A DNA stretch of 64,000 bases, taken from NCBI GenBank assembly GCA_002269645.1, contig NIVC01000163.1:1-64000 (forward strand), written 5' to 3'. Origin of the DNA: Macrostomum lignano (taxonomy: Eukaryota). The notes beneath the pieces are model-generated. The model searched no databases. It had not been told where the DNA came from and saw nothing but the letters and a program-made list of their open reading frames with translations. A program made the position numbers and the translations under genes. Shown piece by piece: positions 60,033 through 64,000 of the stretch. Every line of letters starts with the position of its first letter. Position 1 is the first letter of the stretch.

Positions 60033-62033
60033 ACAAAAGCATCAGCAGAAATAGTTTTTACTTTTGGTTGATTGATTTTTCTTTTGTCCACATTTTTGCT
60101 GAATTCAATTAAATTAGCCTAAAAAAGTCCATTCCTTACCAATCAAGACAGAGCCATCAATACCGCGTGTTGAAGTGCAATTCTCCTCCCAGTTTTTGGT
60201 CCGATCAAAATTTAACTACGCTCGTATTAATGCAAAATTTGAACATCTTATATATATGCTACTTAGATTACTTAGTAGTATAAATGTACGATTTTTATTG
60301 CCATTTTTGTCAATAGCTGTTAGAAATGATTGTTGATTTTCTATTATCACCGTTTTTCCTACCTTTTCTCATGCCAGTAAATGAAATGACTTAAAAATAA
60401 AATACTATTACCTCAGCTTACTGCTTGTAAAATTGTTTGTTCCTATTGCCTTATTTATTGTCAAATTAACGAACAGAGGGAGATGGCCTTGCAGCTGTTT
60501 TTTTAGAATCGCCAGAAAACGCATACAATCGTTTTTAGGAATTGAAATCAAGCCTGCTGGCTGCAACAGACTCTCAATTCCTTCACAAGCTTTTCTGTTG
60601 TATTTTTGCGACAGTTTTTCGCAGATCTCTCTAGATAGGCGAAAGCGAAACGCAAAAAAGGGCAAATCAAATTTTCTGACACAGAGATGGCAACACAAAA
60701 AACGAATTGGTTTTTGTTATAATATTCTTAACTCTTTCTACTGTCACAATAAGCTGACGCGCGTCTCTCTCTACTTATAGTAAGCCGCTGCACTTGGGAG
60801 ACAAAAAACACTTGGGGAGAGAAAATTGATGCATCGACAGTGTGGAACGCGTCCAATTCAAAGAATTTGTTAAAATTGGGTCAAGCAGCAGGTGCAGCAG
60901 TTGAAAGAAGAATTCTTAATTTTTTTAATTGCAGCGAAAAAAACAGGTTAGAACAAGCATTAATTTGTTAATCTGCTGGCGAGGGGTTATTATAATATTT
61001 TGACCGAAATTGAAAGCAGAAGCGCGAGAAATGAATGGAAGAGGCGCCCACAGCTCGGGGGGGGATTATAAGGTAAAATTAAGTAACAACAACAGAGGCA
61101 TAGCGGCGGACATGAAGCTGACATGAAACTGTACTGGCTGACATTGAACTTACTGACAATTAAAAACTGGCCATAAACCAAAGCAAAAAACCGTTGTTGC
61201 AAATTCAAAAAGAGAAAAACAGACAACAAAAAACGGCATCAGTGATGAAAATGACAGCGAGCGCATATTATTAGTAATAGTATACATAAATTAAAACTAG
61301 AAGAAAATGCGCATTTTGCTACTTATCAGTAGAGCGCCAAAGTACACGACAACTATAATTTAGGAAATGAAGTTAAAGACAAAAGAAATTAAATTCCGTA
61401 GGGGATAATTCCATAGCGAATGTCTGAGTCCCATTTGAACAGCCGGGATAAAACAAAGGTGGGTTGGGAAGTGTAGCAAATTCTGGCACCGACAGACAAC
61501 ACAATCTAGATGACAAAACAGAATAAATAATCAATATTGTAGCATTAATTTAAGCTACCACATTAAATATGACACAAAATAACGTCAATATTATAACAAA
61601 TATACTAATGATAATTAATCGTTTCTTATGAATAAAAATGACAGCTTTTCAAATGGCGCACAGGCAATTAAATTAATTAGTAATTTCAACACGGGAAATG
61701 TGAAGTGAAACCCGCTTACCAAGATAGTTTTGTATTTGCTACACAGAGGTAGTAAAAATAAATATAGCCAATAAATAAATTACATTCCACTCCCTATCAA
61801 CATTAAGGCTACTTAATACCTGGGGGGTAATTAACCTGGACACAATAAAATAATACATTTAAAGATAACAGTACACAGCACATACACAATCGGGCGTCAT
61901 GCTAATTATAGAGAAATCACACACACTTACGCACACAAATATAAAGCAGAAAAATTAAATATTTTTATCTGCCGGGTCAATGTTAGACAAAATATTCAAC
62001 TTGTGTTAGATAAACAAAAGTATACATTTCAAA

Positions 62034-63680
62034 CTAGCCTTTGTTGCTGGCACCTTGTCGGACAATGTCGGCGACTGTTCGACCTTGATTGCCCCAGGCT
62101 GGCCGCGGCCGCTGGCTGGGTTTGTCAGACGCTGTCGGCGCAACCACAACCGGATTGTTGGGATCGTTCACGGAGACTTCAACGCGTCTAACTGGACGAG
62201 CGGATGGAGCGGAGGCTGCTGTTGCAGTGGAGTCTGCGGCCGCTGCTGCTACCGTCGCCGGCTCCTGTTGAATTTGAATGGCAGTCAGTGAGGGCGATTC
62301 TTAGATTTGAAGGTCGATTCTAAACTGAGAAGGGCGATTCTTAGATTTGAAGGCCGATTCTAAACTGAGAACTGCCATTTTTTAGATTTGAAGGCCGATT
62401 CTAAACTGAGAACTGCCATTTTTTAGATTTGAAGGCCGATTCTAAACTGAGAAGGGCCATTCTTAGATTTGAAGGCCGATTCTAAACTGAGAAGGGCCAT
62501 TCTTAGATTTGAAGGCCGATTCTAAACTGAGAAGGGCCATTCTTAGATTTGAAGGCCGATTTTTAACTGAGAAGGGAATTCTTAGATTTGAAGGCCGATT
62601 CTAAACTGAGAACTGCCATTTTTTAGATTTGAAGGCCGATTCTAAACTGAGAACTGCCATTTTTTTAGATTTGAAGGCCGATTCTAAACTGAGAAGGGCC
62701 ATTCTTAGATTTGAAGGCCGATTCTAAACTGAGAAGGGCCATTCTTAGATTTGAAGGCCGATTCTAAACTGAGAAGGGCCATTCTTAGATTTGAAAGCCG
62801 ATTCTAAACTGAGAACTGCCATTTTTTAGATTTGAAGGCCGATTCTAAACTGAGAAGGGCCATTCTTAGATTTGAAGGCCGATTCTAAACTGAGAAGGGC
62901 CATTCTTAGATTTGAAGGCCGATTCTAAACTGAGAAGGGCATTATTAGATTTGAAGGCCGATTCTAAACTGAGAAGGGCCATTCTTAGATTTGAAGGCCG
63001 ATTCTAAACTGAGAAGGGCCATTCTTAGATTTGAAGGCCGATTCTAACTGAGAAGGGCCATTCTTAGATTTGAAGGCCGATTTTAACTGAGAAGGGCCAT
63101 TCTTAGATTTGAAGGCCGATTTTTAACTGAGAAGGGCCATTCTTAGATTTGAAGGCTGATTCTTAACTGAGAAAGGCGATTCTAACTTAGAAGGGCCATT
63201 CTTAGATTTGAAGGCCGGTTTTTAAGCGGAAAGGGAGATTTTGGATGTGACCAATTCTGAAATGTAAAGAGCAACTCTTACGGGCAACGTTGGTGCTGAT
63301 TCTAATAACGTCTGAAAAGAACAAATTAAACACGTACCTGTTTAGCGCTCGGCTTCAATCGCAACAGTCTGAGCTGCAGTCGGCTGGTCATCAGATTTCT
63401 TAGCAATGCTCAGCGGCTTGACCAGGCGCTGACTGGAGGCTTAGGGCGTCAGTGAACGTGCCACTATTGGGCGCTGGAGCGGCTGCAACTTGAGCGGCAG
63501 ATGAAGCGCCCTGACTCGGCGTTGGTGCTTCAGATGTTGCGGCTGCTGCTGCTGACGGGCCGCTGGGCCACTCGGGTCGATTGGCGCCAGCAGCTGTGGT
63601 GGCTGATGAAGCTGATTGGGAAGCTGAGGGATCCGGTCGAAGGGGAAGGCGTTAACAGTGGAGTAACGGATATCATAAAT
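62034..63680 (-). CDS. 3' exons of an unidentified low-complexity (Ala/Pro/Ser-rich) protein; last exon 62264-62034, penultimate exon ends at donor 63337 (apparent indels)
   Basis: caacag|EPATVAAAAADSTATAASAPSARPVRRVEVSVNDPNNPVVVAPTASDKPSQRPRPAWGNQGRTVADIVRQGASNKG*. Upstream exon reads ...APNSGTFTDALS.../KPLSIAKKSDDQPT with frame breaks. Confidence 0.55.
62290..63230. repeat. 40-41-bp tandem repeat filling the last intron of the right-edge gene
   Basis: TTAGATTTGAAGGCCGATTCTAAACTGAGAAGGGCCATTC, about 23 copies. Confidence 0.96.
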
Positions 63681-63699
63681 ACTGGGGCTGCAGCGCTTT

Positions 63700-64000
63700 T
63701 TAGAAATGCTAGGGTTGTGCCGGTTCTTAGAAATGCTAGGGGTTATGCCGGTTCTTAGAAATGCTAGGGGTTGTGCCGGTTCTTAGAAATTCTAGAGGTT
63801 GTGCCGGTTCTTAGAAATGCTAGGGGTTGTGCCGGTTCTTAGAAATGCTAGAGGTTGTGCCGGTTCTTAGAAATGCTAGGGGTTGTGCCGGTTCTTAGAA
63901 ATGCTAGGGTTGTGCCGGTTCTTAGAAATGCTAGGGGTTGTGCCGGTTCTTAGAAATGCTAGGGGTTGTGCCGGTTCTTAGAAATGCTAGGGGTTGTGCC
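63700..64000. repeat. 28-bp tandem repeat running off the window edge
   Basis: GTTGTGCCGGTTCTTAGAAATGCTAGGG, at least 10 copies. Confidence 0.95.

Noticed and set aside
60408-60698. Possible PIF/Harbinger transposase fragment (FRLSREICEKL...MRFLA)
   Set aside because: Only a vague motif resemblance; no TIRs, TSD or catalytic residues seen.

Overview
Eukaryotic (metazoan) genomic DNA, spliced and rich in repeats. The GC-rich exons, introns built from tandem arrays and (GACA)n microsatellites suggest a free-living flatworm such as Macrostomum; this is an inference only. Host genes: RYBP/YAF2 (-, two apparent 1-nt frameshifts); two tandem pancreatic-lipase-family genes without a PLAT domain (+, 4 exons each); a secreted protein with an agrin-NtA-like domain (+); stomatin (-, 6 exons); a small secreted knottin-like Cys-rich peptide (-); FPGT (-, first exon not found); SEC24C/D (+, 10 exons); and the 3' exons of an unidentified gene at the right edge (-). 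Mobile DNA: a rosa-like (DD42D) mariner with ~220-bp TIRs; a near-full-length RTE-type LINE plus two fragments; a TTAA-flanked piggyBac derivative with very long inverted arms; a Tc1 deletion derivative; a 5'-truncated Ty3/Gypsy pol next to a ~350-codon ORF broken only by transition-type stops; a MIR-like CORE-SINE; and two copies of a second tRNA-derived SINE. Best leads: complementary microsatellite arms at the two ends of SEC24 intron 6, the knottin peptide, the piggyBac arm architecture, the dead accessory ORF, and a 2-kb CpG desert upstream of RYBP.
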